A stretch of DNA of 64,000 nucleotides, from contig CAVYQA010000030.1 of assembly GCA_963770495.1 (NCBI GenBank), positions 201,701 through 265,700 on the forward strand, given 5' to 3'. Under the pieces are notes generated by a model. The model worked only from the letters and a program-made list of their open reading frames with translations, was not told where the DNA came from and ran no database searches. Each line of letters opens with the position of its first letter. The first letter of the stretch is position 1. The translations under genes and the position numbers were made by a program. Source of the DNA: Chitinophagales bacterium (lineage in GTDB: Bacteria > Bacteroidota > Bacteroidia > Chitinophagales > CAVYQA01). Positions 20,704 through 29,932 of this stretch are shown in pieces.

Positions 20704-22377
20704 TCAATAGTTATTAATCCCATTCTTTCTAAAAATCCCAATGGCATTGAAAACCCGTTGCCATAAATAAATTATAAACACCATAGATAATGTAACAATG
20801 ATAATGTAGTACCTGAATAAAGTTGTTATAAGAGCGATATTGAGTAGAATATTTGAGAGGTAAAAAACAAGGTACAAAATAAGGCACCGGTTAAACCATT
20901 TGTCATTTTTATAGCTGCGCGTAATATAATAAGCGGCTGTTAACAGGATGAATATGGCATTGATGAAAGGGAACAGCCAGCTCCAGGGTTCCATAAGAAG
21001 GGGGAATAAACCTGCATTAGACAAATCAATTGTATTTGACGAATAGTCGTAGTAGCTGTTTTCAATGCTTCCCAGCGTTCCTATGTGACCGGTTATAACT
21101 CCTGAATTGTTATAATAATTATAAAGTTCAACAGGCGGTTGACAAAAAATTTTGAAGTTGGGCCATACAAAATAGCGCAGGTATTGTAACGGGTATTTTT
21201 TTATTACCTCAATGCCAAAGTCCTCAAATACGGGTCCCATAGTGGTAAAGGTTGCAATAATGTATTGTGTTTGCTGTTTAGTTACATCCACGGGCCCGTT
21301 AGTATCCCATGATGGAATATAATGAACAATTCCGCAAGGAGGGGGGTGTGTGGCATAACACCGGTTAATGTAGTAGTTCATATAACGTTTAAGCGGGCTC
21401 CAATTCATCCACATGAATTGAGAATTAACGCCGGGTTTATACCAAAGGAAATTCTTAATTGTTAAAGAATCGTAGAAGTTTTTGATAAAAACATTTATCT
21501 CTTTAGAAGTTTTTGCAGAAAATTCAGCAGAATCCGGTTTTACATGCTCAAGCACATACACCGTATTATTAGCTAATTGCCATCCTCCAAAGGCTGAAAA
21601 CGTGGCAGTGCCGGTGGCCTCTTCCGTTTTATGAACGATAGAATTTTCCACCTCTAGAATTACAAGGAAAGTAATACCAATACTTACAATTTTTTTCCAT
21701 ATTGCCTGTTCGGATAGAACGTAAACAACAACAATTGCCAATGGATATATTATGGCGCTATACCTTAGCATAAATAACCAATACAGTAAAATCAATTGTA
21801 TAATAAAATACATCCACCGCGGACGGAACATTATCCATAATAAAACCGTGAACCATATAACAGAAAGGCTGCAAAAGAAAGCATCGCTCATTATGTAATT
21901 ACTGTACAACACATAAAACGGATTACAGATAAGTACTATAAAAAGTATTACCCGGTAGATTATTTTTAAAGAAAAAAAATATAGCAGTGTAAAAAACAAA
22001 AATAAGTTAGCTACGACATTGGAGAGGTATTGCGCGAAAATCAACATGCCATCAGAGTTGGAAATACTATGGAAAAAACCTATAAAATCACTATAGCCTA
22101 TTGGGCGAAGGCTAACCTGTAGTCCGCAGGCTGCTGATTCAATATACATGTCAGAATCAAAGTAATAGCTTCCAACAGGAAACAAGATTCTTAATAATAT
22201 AAAATAAATACTTGTTATCACTACACTCGCCAGCAGAAAACGAATACACGATTTATCTTTAATTATAAACCTGAAAAACGGCGTTGATCCATTACCAAGA
22301 GGATTATCTTGTTTGGCATTATCATTTTTATGTTTTTTACTTTGCAGCTCCATCACATTATTGTACAGGTATATCAA
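20704..22377 (-). CDS. Polytopic membrane protein (possibly a GT-C-type glycosyltransferase)
   Basis: Many hydrophobic helices in the N-terminal half, with a large non-membrane insert. No diagnostic motif recognised, so the function is a guess. Confidence 0.4.
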   Translation of the reverse strand: MIYLYNNVMELQSKKHKNDNAKQDNPLGNGSTPFFRFIIKDKSCIRFLLASVVITSIYFILLRILFPVGSYYFDSDMYIESAACGLQVSLRPIGYSDFIGFFHSISNSDGMLIFAQYLSNVVANLFLFFTLLYFFSLKIIYRVILFIVLICNPFYVLYSNYIMSDAFFCSLSVIWFTVLLWIMFRPRWMYFIIQLILLYWLFMLRYSAIIYPLAIVVVYVLSEQAIWKKIVSIGITFLVILEVENSIVHKTEEATGTATFSAFGGWQLANNTVYVLEHVKPDSAEFSAKTSKEINVFIKNFYDSLTIKNFLWYKPGVNSQFMWMNWSPLKRYMNYYINRCYATHPPPCGIVHYIPSWDTNGPVDVTKQQTQYIIATFTTMGPVFEDFGIEVIKKYPLQYLRYFVWPNFKIFCQPPVELYNYYNNSGVITGHIGTLGSIENSYYDYSSNTIDLSNAGLFPLLMEPWSWLFPFINAIFILLTAAYYITRSYKNDKWFNRCLILYLVFYLSNILLNIALITTLFRYYIIIVTLSMVFIIYLWQRVFNAIGIFRKNGINNY

Positions 22378-22525
22378 AAATATAAACTTTCCTTATCTCT
22401 TTTAAGCCGTAGAGCTGTTTGTATAAAATATAACCATACTTCTGCAGTACCAAAGCCACCTTTTTTCCTTTTCCCTCCCAAAATTTTTAGCTTTGTCCTA
22501 CACTTAATTAGAAATATTGTTACTG

Positions 22526-24205
22526 ATGCAGCAACTGGTTGAATGCGTGCCCAATTTTAGCGAGGGCAGGGATATGTCGGTTATAAAACAGATAATCGGT
22601 GAAATTGAAAAGGTGGAAGGTGTTCGCCTGCTGGATGTTGACCCGGGTAAAGCCACTAACCGCACGGTGGTGACCTTTGTTGGCAACCCTGCAAGTGTTG
22701 TTGAGGCGGCTTTTCGCGCCATAAAAAAAGCATCGGAAGTGATTGATATGAGCAAGCACCGTGGTGAGCATCCGCGCATGGGCGCTACCGATGTTTGCCC
22801 GCTGGTGCCCGTGAGTGGCATAAGTATGGAAGAAACGTTGAAATACGCCAAACAACTGGGTGAACGTGTTGGACGAGAATTGAAGATACCGGTTTATTTA
22901 TACGAATACGCGGCAGCATCTGCCGAAAGAAAAAATTTATCGGTAATACGTAAAGGTGAATATGAAGGGTTGGCGAAAAAGATTTTACTGCCCGAATGGA
23001 AACCCGATTATGGTCCCGCTGAGTTTAATGCAAGAGCGGGCGCGACGGTTATAGGCGCAAGAGATTTTTTGGTGGCTTATAATGTAAACCTGAATACAAC
23101 CTCCGTTCGCCGCGCTAATTCGGTGGCATTTGATATTCGCGAAGCGGGCAGGGTAAAAACCGACCCGAAAACCGGCGCTGTTTTAAAAGATAAAAATGGC
23201 GAATCGTTGCGTATTCCCGGCAAACTAAAATCGGTAAAAGCCATTGGCTGGTATATACCGGAATATGGCATTGCACAAATTTCCATTAACCTTACTAATA
23301 TTAATGTAACACCCGTTCACATTGCCTTTGAAGAATGTTGCAAAAGCGCCGAGGCGCGGGGCTTGCGGGTAACGGGCTCGGAGCTGGTGGGGCTTATTCC
23401 GCTAAAAGCCATGCTTGACTCGGGCAAATATTTCCTGGCGAAACAAAAGCGTTCGACGGGCGTTAGTGAAAGCGAGTTGATAAAAATTGCCGTAAAATCG
23501 CTCGGTCTTGACGATATTGCACCCTTTGATGCTAATAAAAAGATAATAGAATACCTGTTGCGCGACGACAACCAAAATAAACTCATAAAAATGACCCTGC
23601 GCGATTTTGCTGATGAAACGGCTTCCGAATCACCTGCGCCCGGTGGCGGTTCAATTTCTGCCTACGTCGGGTCGCTTGGCGCATCACTTGGCACAATGGT
23701 TGCGAACTTATCCTCACAGAAAAAAGGATGGGAGGAGCGCTGGAAGGAATTTTCGGACTGGGCGGAAAAAGGTCAGGCAATAAAAGACGAGTTGCTTGCG
23801 CTGGTGGATGAAGATACTGATGCTTTTAATAAACTAATGACGGCTTATGCCCTTCCAAAAAATTCTGATGAAGAAAAAAAAGTGCGCAGCAGTGCAATTC
23901 TCAGTGCCACAAAATACGCCATTGAAGTGCCATTAAAAATTATGAAAGCAGCACAAAGGTCATTAACAATAATTAAAGCAATGGCTGAAAACGGCAATCC
24001 TAATTCTGTAAGTGATGCGGGCGTGGGGGCATTGTGCGCGCGAACTGCAGTGCAGGGAGCGTGTTTGAATGTTCAGATTAATGCACCGGGAATTAAAGAT
24101 GAAGTTTATAAATCGGGCAAATTGAATGAAGCAAAAAAAATATTGGATGACAGTATTCTTTTGGAAAAAGAAATATTGGCTATAGTGGAATCTAAAATAA
24201 AGTGA
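22526..24205 (+). CDS. ftcD: Bifunctional glutamate formimidoyltransferase / formimidoyltetrahydrofolate cyclodeaminase
   Basis: N-terminal LVECVPNFSEGRD hallmark. The ~560-aa length fits a transferase plus a helical cyclodeaminase C-terminal domain. Confidence 0.85.
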   Translation: MQQLVECVPNFSEGRDMSVIKQIIGEIEKVEGVRLLDVDPGKATNRTVVTFVGNPASVVEAAFRAIKKASEVIDMSKHRGEHPRMGATDVCPLVPVSGISMEETLKYAKQLGERVGRELKIPVYLYEYAAASAERKNLSVIRKGEYEGLAKKILLPEWKPDYGPAEFNARAGATVIGARDFLVAYNVNLNTTSVRRANSVAFDIREAGRVKTDPKTGAVLKDKNGESLRIPGKLKSVKAIGWYIPEYGIAQISINLTNINVTPVHIAFEECCKSAEARGLRVTGSELVGLIPLKAMLDSGKYFLAKQKRSTGVSESELIKIAVKSLGLDDIAPFDANKKIIEYLLRDDNQNKLIKMTLRDFADETASESPAPGGGSISAYVGSLGASLGTMVANLSSQKKGWEERWKEFSDWAEKGQAIKDELLALVDEDTDAFNKLMTAYALPKNSDEEKKVRSSAILSATKYAIEVPLKIMKAAQRSLTIIKAMAENGNPNSVSDAGVGALCARTAVQGACLNVQINAPGIKDEVYKSGKLNEAKKILDDSILLEKEILAIVESKIK

Positions 24206-24249
24206 GTATTTGTATTTTTATTTTATAATTTTAACAACTCGATCGGCTT

Positions 24250-25671
24250 ATGTTTTCTAAAAAAATCTATATGTTCAAATCTTCTTTATTAGTTGCTATT
24301 GTGGCATTTTGTTTTATGTCGTGCAATAAGACCCCCGAAGAGAACAGTGAGACAATTAAATTATTCCCTGTAGAATCAGGCGCTAAATGGGGATATATTG
24401 ACCGTACGGGTAAGGTGGTTATAGCTCCCCAATTCGCAAGCGCTGAATGTTTTCATGAAGGGATGGCAGTGGTGTCAAATGACAGTAATCTCTGCGGATA
24501 CATTGATGAATCGGGCAACTACAAAATAAAACCTCAATATAAACAGGCAGGTTATTTTTCCGAGGGGCTGGCAAATGTAGTACCCCCTGATGGCAAACCG
24601 GAATATATTGATAAAGACAATACGGTGAAGATAAATTTAGATTGCAGTGCGGCAAGTGCATTCACCGAAGACAGGGCTGCGGTGCTGCATAATAATAAAT
24701 GGATATTTATTGATAAAGACGGAAATACGGTAAGTAAAGATTCTTTCGATTATGTTTTACCCTTCCGCGAAGGCAGGGCGGCAGTGATGAAAGTAAGTTC
24801 TGACGGACGCGCCCGTCAATGGGGTTATTTGGATAAAAGCGGTTCAGTTGCAATTCCGTTGCAATTTGCCCGCGCCCACGATTTTTTTGAGGGCAAAGCT
24901 TATGTCCTTGACAGTTCATCGCATGGTTTCTTTATTAATGATAAAGGAGATAAACTATTTGATGTTCCCTATGATGAATGCGGTTTTTTTATGAATGGCG
25001 CGTGTTTTGTGAGGAAGGGTGATAGTATAGGCTATATTGATGAATCGGGGAAAGTTATAGTACCGCTTGCTTATAAAGCTGCCGGATTATTCGCCGCTAA
25101 CAGGCTTGCCAACGTAAGTGACAGTTCGGGCAAATGGGGCTATATTGATAAAGCGGGCAAATATGTTATTGCACCCGCTTATGAGGGGGCAAGCAGTTTT
25201 TACGGCGACGTGGCATTTATTTTGAAAGACAATAAGTACGGTTTAATAGATGATAAAGGAAATACGATATTAGCTCCCACCTATGACGATGAAAATGCCG
25301 TTGGTATTCATTCTTTTTCCCGCCGGCTTGTGGAGACAGATTATTTCGAAACCAACTTATTACAACGTAACTGGAAATTAGTGAAAATAATTGACGCCGA
25401 TGGCAAGGAAACGCCGGATTCACTGCATGATCAATACAAATTCGGTGTTGATTATAACTTTTTTAAACAAAATGATAAAGGCACCGCTTTTGGCACGTAC
25501 CAAATTAATAAAAAGGACAGGGAGTTAAAAATGTATGATACGAGTTCTGCCGAAACCGAAGCATTTGTTATTGAAAAAATTACTCCCGACCGGTTAATCC
25601 TTCATGATGAAGCAACACAGGATAAATATATTTTTGAACCTGCTCCTGAAGAGGCAAAGGCAGAAAATTAA
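24250..25671 (+). CDS. WG-repeat (KWG) lipoprotein
   Basis: Lipobox ..CFMSC. Repeated ..KWGYIDKSGK..I.P.F... units throughout. Confidence 0.75.
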   Translation: MFSKKIYMFKSSLLVAIVAFCFMSCNKTPEENSETIKLFPVESGAKWGYIDRTGKVVIAPQFASAECFHEGMAVVSNDSNLCGYIDESGNYKIKPQYKQAGYFSEGLANVVPPDGKPEYIDKDNTVKINLDCSAASAFTEDRAAVLHNNKWIFIDKDGNTVSKDSFDYVLPFREGRAAVMKVSSDGRARQWGYLDKSGSVAIPLQFARAHDFFEGKAYVLDSSSHGFFINDKGDKLFDVPYDECGFFMNGACFVRKGDSIGYIDESGKVIVPLAYKAAGLFAANRLANVSDSSGKWGYIDKAGKYVIAPAYEGASSFYGDVAFILKDNKYGLIDDKGNTILAPTYDDENAVGIHSFSRRLVETDYFETNLLQRNWKLVKIIDADGKETPDSLHDQYKFGVDYNFFKQNDKGTAFGTYQINKKDRELKMYDTSSAETEAFVIEKITPDRLILHDEATQDKYIFEPAPEEAKAEN

Positions 25672-25706
25672 ACGCTCATTTTAAACCGAGCAATGAGGTT
25701 AACCTA

Positions 25707-25743
25707 AACCACAAAGTTTCCCCAAAGGCTTTGTGGTTTTTTT
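25707..25743 (+). terminator. Rho-independent terminator after the WG-repeat gene
   Basis: AACCACAAAG (25707-25716) pairs with CTTTGTGGTT (25729-25738), followed by a T-run. Confidence 0.7.
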
Positions 25744-25957
25744 ATTGCCCCATCCTCATTCCTTCCCCCAAGGGGAAGGACGCCTACAAAGCAAACATTT
25801 GATTTTTAATTGACTAATCGGCACGTCAGCATGTTAACACATCATATTTCAAGTTTTTGCTTTTTACAATAAATGGTTTTATGTTTGAAGGTCTTTTACA
25901 ACGTGTTACGTTTCTTTTGAGCACTGTTATTGTTTCACTAAACCAAACAATCCATTT

Positions 25958-27184
25958 ATGAATCAATTCGACACAGGTATTACCGGCTTTATGCTGTTGG
26001 CAACAAGCCTTGTTATGTTAATGACACCGGGACTCGCATTTTTCTATGGCGGTTTGGCTGGCAAGAGAAACATCCTGGGTATAATGATGCAGAGTTTTGT
26101 TTCCATGGGCATCACTACTATTCTTTGGTTTTTTGTAGGCTATTCGCTTTGTTTCAGTGGCGGCGAAGGGGGTATAATAGGTAACCTCGATAAAGCTATG
26201 ATGAATGGAGTTACGTTAAACTCCGCTTTCTCTGGTAATCCTAAATTACCCGAGTTTGTTTTTATAGCTTATCAAATGATGTTCGCTATTATCACACCGG
26301 CGCTTATTACCGGAGCCTTCATGAACCGTGTAACATTTAAAGCCTATCTTATTTTTCTTGTTTTGTGGCAGTTGCTGGTATATTATCCTTTCGTGCACAT
26401 GATATGGGGAGGCGGGTTACTGGCACAGTGGGGTGTGCTCGACTTTGCAGGTGGAATAGTTGTCCATGCTATTGCGGGTTTTGCGGCACTGGCTTCAGTT
26501 ATATATGTGGGCAAACGCCGGAACACTGAAAGCAAACCCAACAGTGTGCCATTAATTGCATTAGGCACGGGTTTGCTGTGGTTTGGCTGGTATGGGTTTA
26601 ATGCCGGAAGCTCATTAAATGTGAATGCCATCACCGGGCTTGCTTTTTTAAACACCGATGTTGCTGCATCATTTGCAGCTATTACCTGGCTGGTGATTGA
26701 ATGGAGTCTTGTAAAAAAACCAAAATTTATTGGCTTACTCACCGGCGCTGTTGCTGGTTTAGCCACCATAACACCGGCAGCAGGTTATGTGTCATTGCCT
26801 GCCGCTGTTATGATAGGCACCGCTTCAGGAATAGTGTGTTACATAGCTGTACACTTTAAAAATAAAATGGGTTGGGATGATGCCCTGGATGTATGGGGTG
26901 TTCATGGCGTAGGCGGAGTGCTTGGCATTATATCACTCGGTGTTTTTGCAGCTACCGATGTCAATCCCGGCGGGGCGCAGGGCTTGCTCACCGGTGAAAC
27001 ACATTTCTTTTTCATAGAAGTTGCCTCCGCTCTTGGCGCCGCAGTTTATGCCTTCATCTTCACCTATGTAATGCTTGCCCTAATTAATTTGGTTACTAAG
27101 GTGCGTGTAACAGAAGCTGTTGAAGATACCGGTCTTGACCAGGCTATTCATGGCGAAATGGCTTATGATGAGGGAGTGTTGTGA
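25958..27184 (+). CDS. amt: Ammonium transporter (Amt family)
   Basis: About eleven TM helices. Conserved LDFAGGIVVHAIAG and WGVHGVGG motifs. Confidence 0.9.
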   Translation: MNQFDTGITGFMLLATSLVMLMTPGLAFFYGGLAGKRNILGIMMQSFVSMGITTILWFFVGYSLCFSGGEGGIIGNLDKAMMNGVTLNSAFSGNPKLPEFVFIAYQMMFAIITPALITGAFMNRVTFKAYLIFLVLWQLLVYYPFVHMIWGGGLLAQWGVLDFAGGIVVHAIAGFAALASVIYVGKRRNTESKPNSVPLIALGTGLLWFGWYGFNAGSSLNVNAITGLAFLNTDVAASFAAITWLVIEWSLVKKPKFIGLLTGAVAGLATITPAAGYVSLPAAVMIGTASGIVCYIAVHFKNKMGWDDALDVWGVHGVGGVLGIISLGVFAATDVNPGGAQGLLTGETHFFFIEVASALGAAVYAFIFTYVMLALINLVTKVRVTEAVEDTGLDQAIHGEMAYDEGVL

Positions 27185-27404
27185 GTAACTTAAAAGTTAA
27201 AACTCAAAAGTTAAAAGTGGGCTTGTGAGTTTAGAGTTTTTTAAAATGACAAGAACCGTTTAAGAACCTGTCTTTTTATTTTTTGTTTATTGTCATTCAA
27301 TAAGTTGCAGAGACTCGTCAGGTTGTTTTGCCACAACGTTGTTGTCATTTTCTTGTCGTTTTTGTTGTCATTTTAAAATGTGAACCAAATAGCAGTGCCT
27401 CCAA

Positions 27405-27693
27405 AATTTCAAAGAACGAATTAATCAGTGATCAATTATCAGTGATCAATAATTAATTGTCAAAATTAATGTTTGAAACAATTTGATAAGAAAAGTTGGG
27501 ACAACAATGTTTGGGTTTCGGTTTGGGTGTGGTGGATGTGTGATATTAAAAATAGTTTGACCGCTGATTAGATACAATAATTTATATAACTACCTGTTTT
27601 CAGGTAGAGATAGCCATCCCTGTTTTGGTGTAATGAAAAACACTACCTGTTTCTTGGTATTTTTCAAAATACCTGTTTATGGTCTTGCGGAAG
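27405..27693 (+). repeat. Copy B of the two-copy intergenic repeat (core 27579-27693), abutting the left hairpin repeat of the first Y1 element
   Basis: Same blocks as 13668-13880. The core carries three TACCTGTTTnnnGGT(A/C) palindromic motifs. Confidence 0.7.
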
Positions 27694-27709
27694 ACTATGT
27701 GTTAACCCC

Positions 27710-28500
27710 GTCGTCGCCGTGTCTCCTTTTTGGCGCTGCCTTAAGCCTAAGCAGGGACACGGTAGTTTGTAGGCGCAACAACACATTTCATTTTCGTTTT
27801 GTACTTATAAGACTCAATGATTCCACATCTTTATAATGGGTTATTACAGTAATTTCGAAATCCAAACCTTCATAATATCTTGCCGAACTATCAACATAAT
27901 CGGTAAAACAAGATACTAACTGCCATTTCTTACTTACCGGGTTCGAATGAACATAATTCAGCTTCTGTAGCAAGAAATCCAACGTCAATATTATTTTTCC
28001 GTCAAAAGATGACTTAAAAACCTGGTGCTTTTTGCCTCTCTTCTTATCAGACGGCGTCACTTCCTTTTCCAGTATTTTTAAAATGGTATTTAGCTTTTTT
28101 TCTTTTAACCTTTCTACTATTTCATACGCCATAAAACGTTTACCATTGGATACCCAACGCTTAATGTCATATTTATTTTCTCTGAAATTTATAATCACAT
28201 GAACATGGTTGGGCATTATAACATAAGCAATGATCTGGTGATTATTTTTTCTTAAAACATTAAACCATTTATAAACTACATCATATGAATCTGTCATCTG
28301 AAAAAGAGAAAGCCAATTGCAACACGTGAACGTGATAAAATACAATCCATTCTTATCCTCTCTGTTTACCTTAACGGACATTCATATCGCTTTAATTCAC
28401 AAAATAAAAAAGATTCAGCTAATTTTAAGCTTAGATAATTCATTCCACCGTGTCCCTGCTTAGGCTTAAGGCAGCGCCAAAAAGGAGACACGGCGACGAC
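27710..28500. mobile_element. REPtron-like unit: a Y1/HUH transposase gene bracketed by perfect 54-bp inverted repeats
   Basis: 27710-27763 is the exact reverse complement of 28447-28500, checked base by base (54/54). Each arm contains an internal CCGTGTC...GACACGG stem. Confidence 0.8.
27788..28381 (-). CDS. REP-associated tyrosine (Y1, HUH) transposase-like protein
   Basis: ..GLYFITFTCCNWLSLF.. N-terminus, HUH motif IMPNHVHVI, and C-terminal YVHSNPVSKKWQL...YVDSSARYY, typical of the IS200/RAYT superfamily. Confidence 0.75.
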   Translation of the reverse strand: MSVKVNREDKNGLYFITFTCCNWLSLFQMTDSYDVVYKWFNVLRKNNHQIIAYVIMPNHVHVIINFRENKYDIKRWVSNGKRFMAYEIVERLKEKKLNTILKILEKEVTPSDKKRGKKHQVFKSSFDGKIILTLDFLLQKLNYVHSNPVSKKWQLVSCFTDYVDSSARYYEGLDFEITVITHYKDVESLSLISTKRK

Positions 28501-28948
28501 AGAATGAGAAAAAAAACATTCTCGTCACAAATATCTCTTTGGTTGAATCAAAGGGTGATAATGGCTTTACAGATTTGTTATGGCAAGCAACTTATATAGA
28601 TAGCAAGGGTCAAACTCAAACTACAACACAGTCAACAGGAGTTTCTTACAAATCAGTAGGAAAATACAATAAAAATGTTACAAAAAGAGTATTAGATTCC
28701 CTCAAAAAAACCAAATAATGAAATTGACAATCATACCGTTCAAAAAAATAAACGCAACTATATACATGACACACCTTGCGCCCCCACTTATTTTTTTGGC
28801 ATACATTTTGAAAAGATTTACCCTCATTCATTATGTACTACAACCGAAAACAATATCAAAAAACGGTTTAACACGCTCCAAAGAACGTGAGGCAATAGGT
28901 CTGCCATTTCAGTATAAATTTTCAATTAATTATTAAGAACAAATTTTT

Positions 28949-29932
28949 ATGGACTCAAAGAGTACAAAGTTTAACAGCATTTTAGATGTGTTAAAGAACT
29001 TTCCTGATGAAAAGTCTTGCAGGGAATATTTAGAGCGTTTACGTTGGCACGATGGTAAAATCGTTTGTCAGAAGTGCGGAAGTAATGATAAGATTTACAA
29101 GATACGTGACGGCAAACTTTATAAGTGTGCTAAGTGCCGTAAGCAGTTTACAGTTAGGTTGGGAACAATCTTTGAAGATAGCGCATTGCCTTTACAGACG
29201 TGGTTTATGGCATTGTTTCTTATTACAGCTCACAAGAAAGGCATAAGTAGTTTACAGTTGAGCCGTGACCTTTCTATCACCCAGAAAAGCGCATGGTTTG
29301 TGTTGCATAGAATACGTTATGCCGTTAAAACTAAGTCATTCAATAAGCCACTTGAAGGCATTGTGCAAATTGACGAAACTTACGTAGGCGGTCGAGGTCA
29401 AAACAAGCATCAAAGCCGTTGGGCTAAACGAACAAATGATACCGATTTAAGCCATTACCTAAGACCAACAGCAGGGCGCAGTACATTAACAAAAGCACCT
29501 GTTTTGGGTATCGTTGCTCAAGATGGTGACTTTGTGGGGTATTGTGTACCCGATGTTACAGGCAAAACCATTAAGCCGTTAATTCAAAAGCACGTTAAAG
29601 AGGGTTCTACTATTGTAACCGATGAATTTAGAATTTACCCTGCAATAACTAAAGAGTATTTACACCAAACTGTTAAGCACCGTTTAGGTGAATACGTTAG
29701 AGATGGTTATCACACTAATACAATAGAGGGCTTTTGGTCGTGGCTAAAGAGGTCAATATTTGGCATCTATCATCAAGTATCAAAAGAACATTTACAGGCG
29801 TATGTAGATGAGTGCGCCTACAAATACAACACTCGTAAAATAACCGATGTGGAACGATTTAATAAAACTCTGTCTTTACTTGACGGTAAATTAACTTATA
29901 AAGATTTAATAAAAAGGGGGGCAGAGAAATGA
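28949..29932 (+). CDS. IS1595-family DDE transposase (apparently intact)
   Basis: N-terminal Zn ribbon CQKCGS..YKCAKCRKQFTVRLGTIFEDS. DDE-type triad candidates VQIDETYVGG, IVTDEFRIY and HTNTIEGFWSWLKR. The stop overlaps the next start (ATGA at 29929-29932). Confidence 0.8.
   Translation: MDSKSTKFNSILDVLKNFPDEKSCREYLERLRWHDGKIVCQKCGSNDKIYKIRDGKLYKCAKCRKQFTVRLGTIFEDSALPLQTWFMALFLITAHKKGISSLQLSRDLSITQKSAWFVLHRIRYAVKTKSFNKPLEGIVQIDETYVGGRGQNKHQSRWAKRTNDTDLSHYLRPTAGRSTLTKAPVLGIVAQDGDFVGYCVPDVTGKTIKPLIQKHVKEGSTIVTDEFRIYPAITKEYLHQTVKHRLGEYVRDGYHTNTIEGFWSWLKRSIFGIYHQVSKEHLQAYVDECAYKYNTRKITDVERFNKTLSLLDGKLTYKDLIKRGAEK

Noticed and set aside
27633-27836. 67-aa ORF spanning repeat copy B and the left REP arm
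   Set aside because: It reads through two non-coding repeat elements. The frame is not preserved in repeat copy A, and no coding features are present.
28505-28692. Open frame without a start, ending ..LVESKGDNGFTDLLWQATYIDSKGQTQTTTQSTGVSYKSVGKYNKNVTKRVLDSLKKTK*
   Set aside because: It could be the 3' remnant of a gene interrupted by the first REPtron. There is no start codon giving 60 aa or more, no recognisable motif and no 5' partner in the window, so it is not called as a feature.
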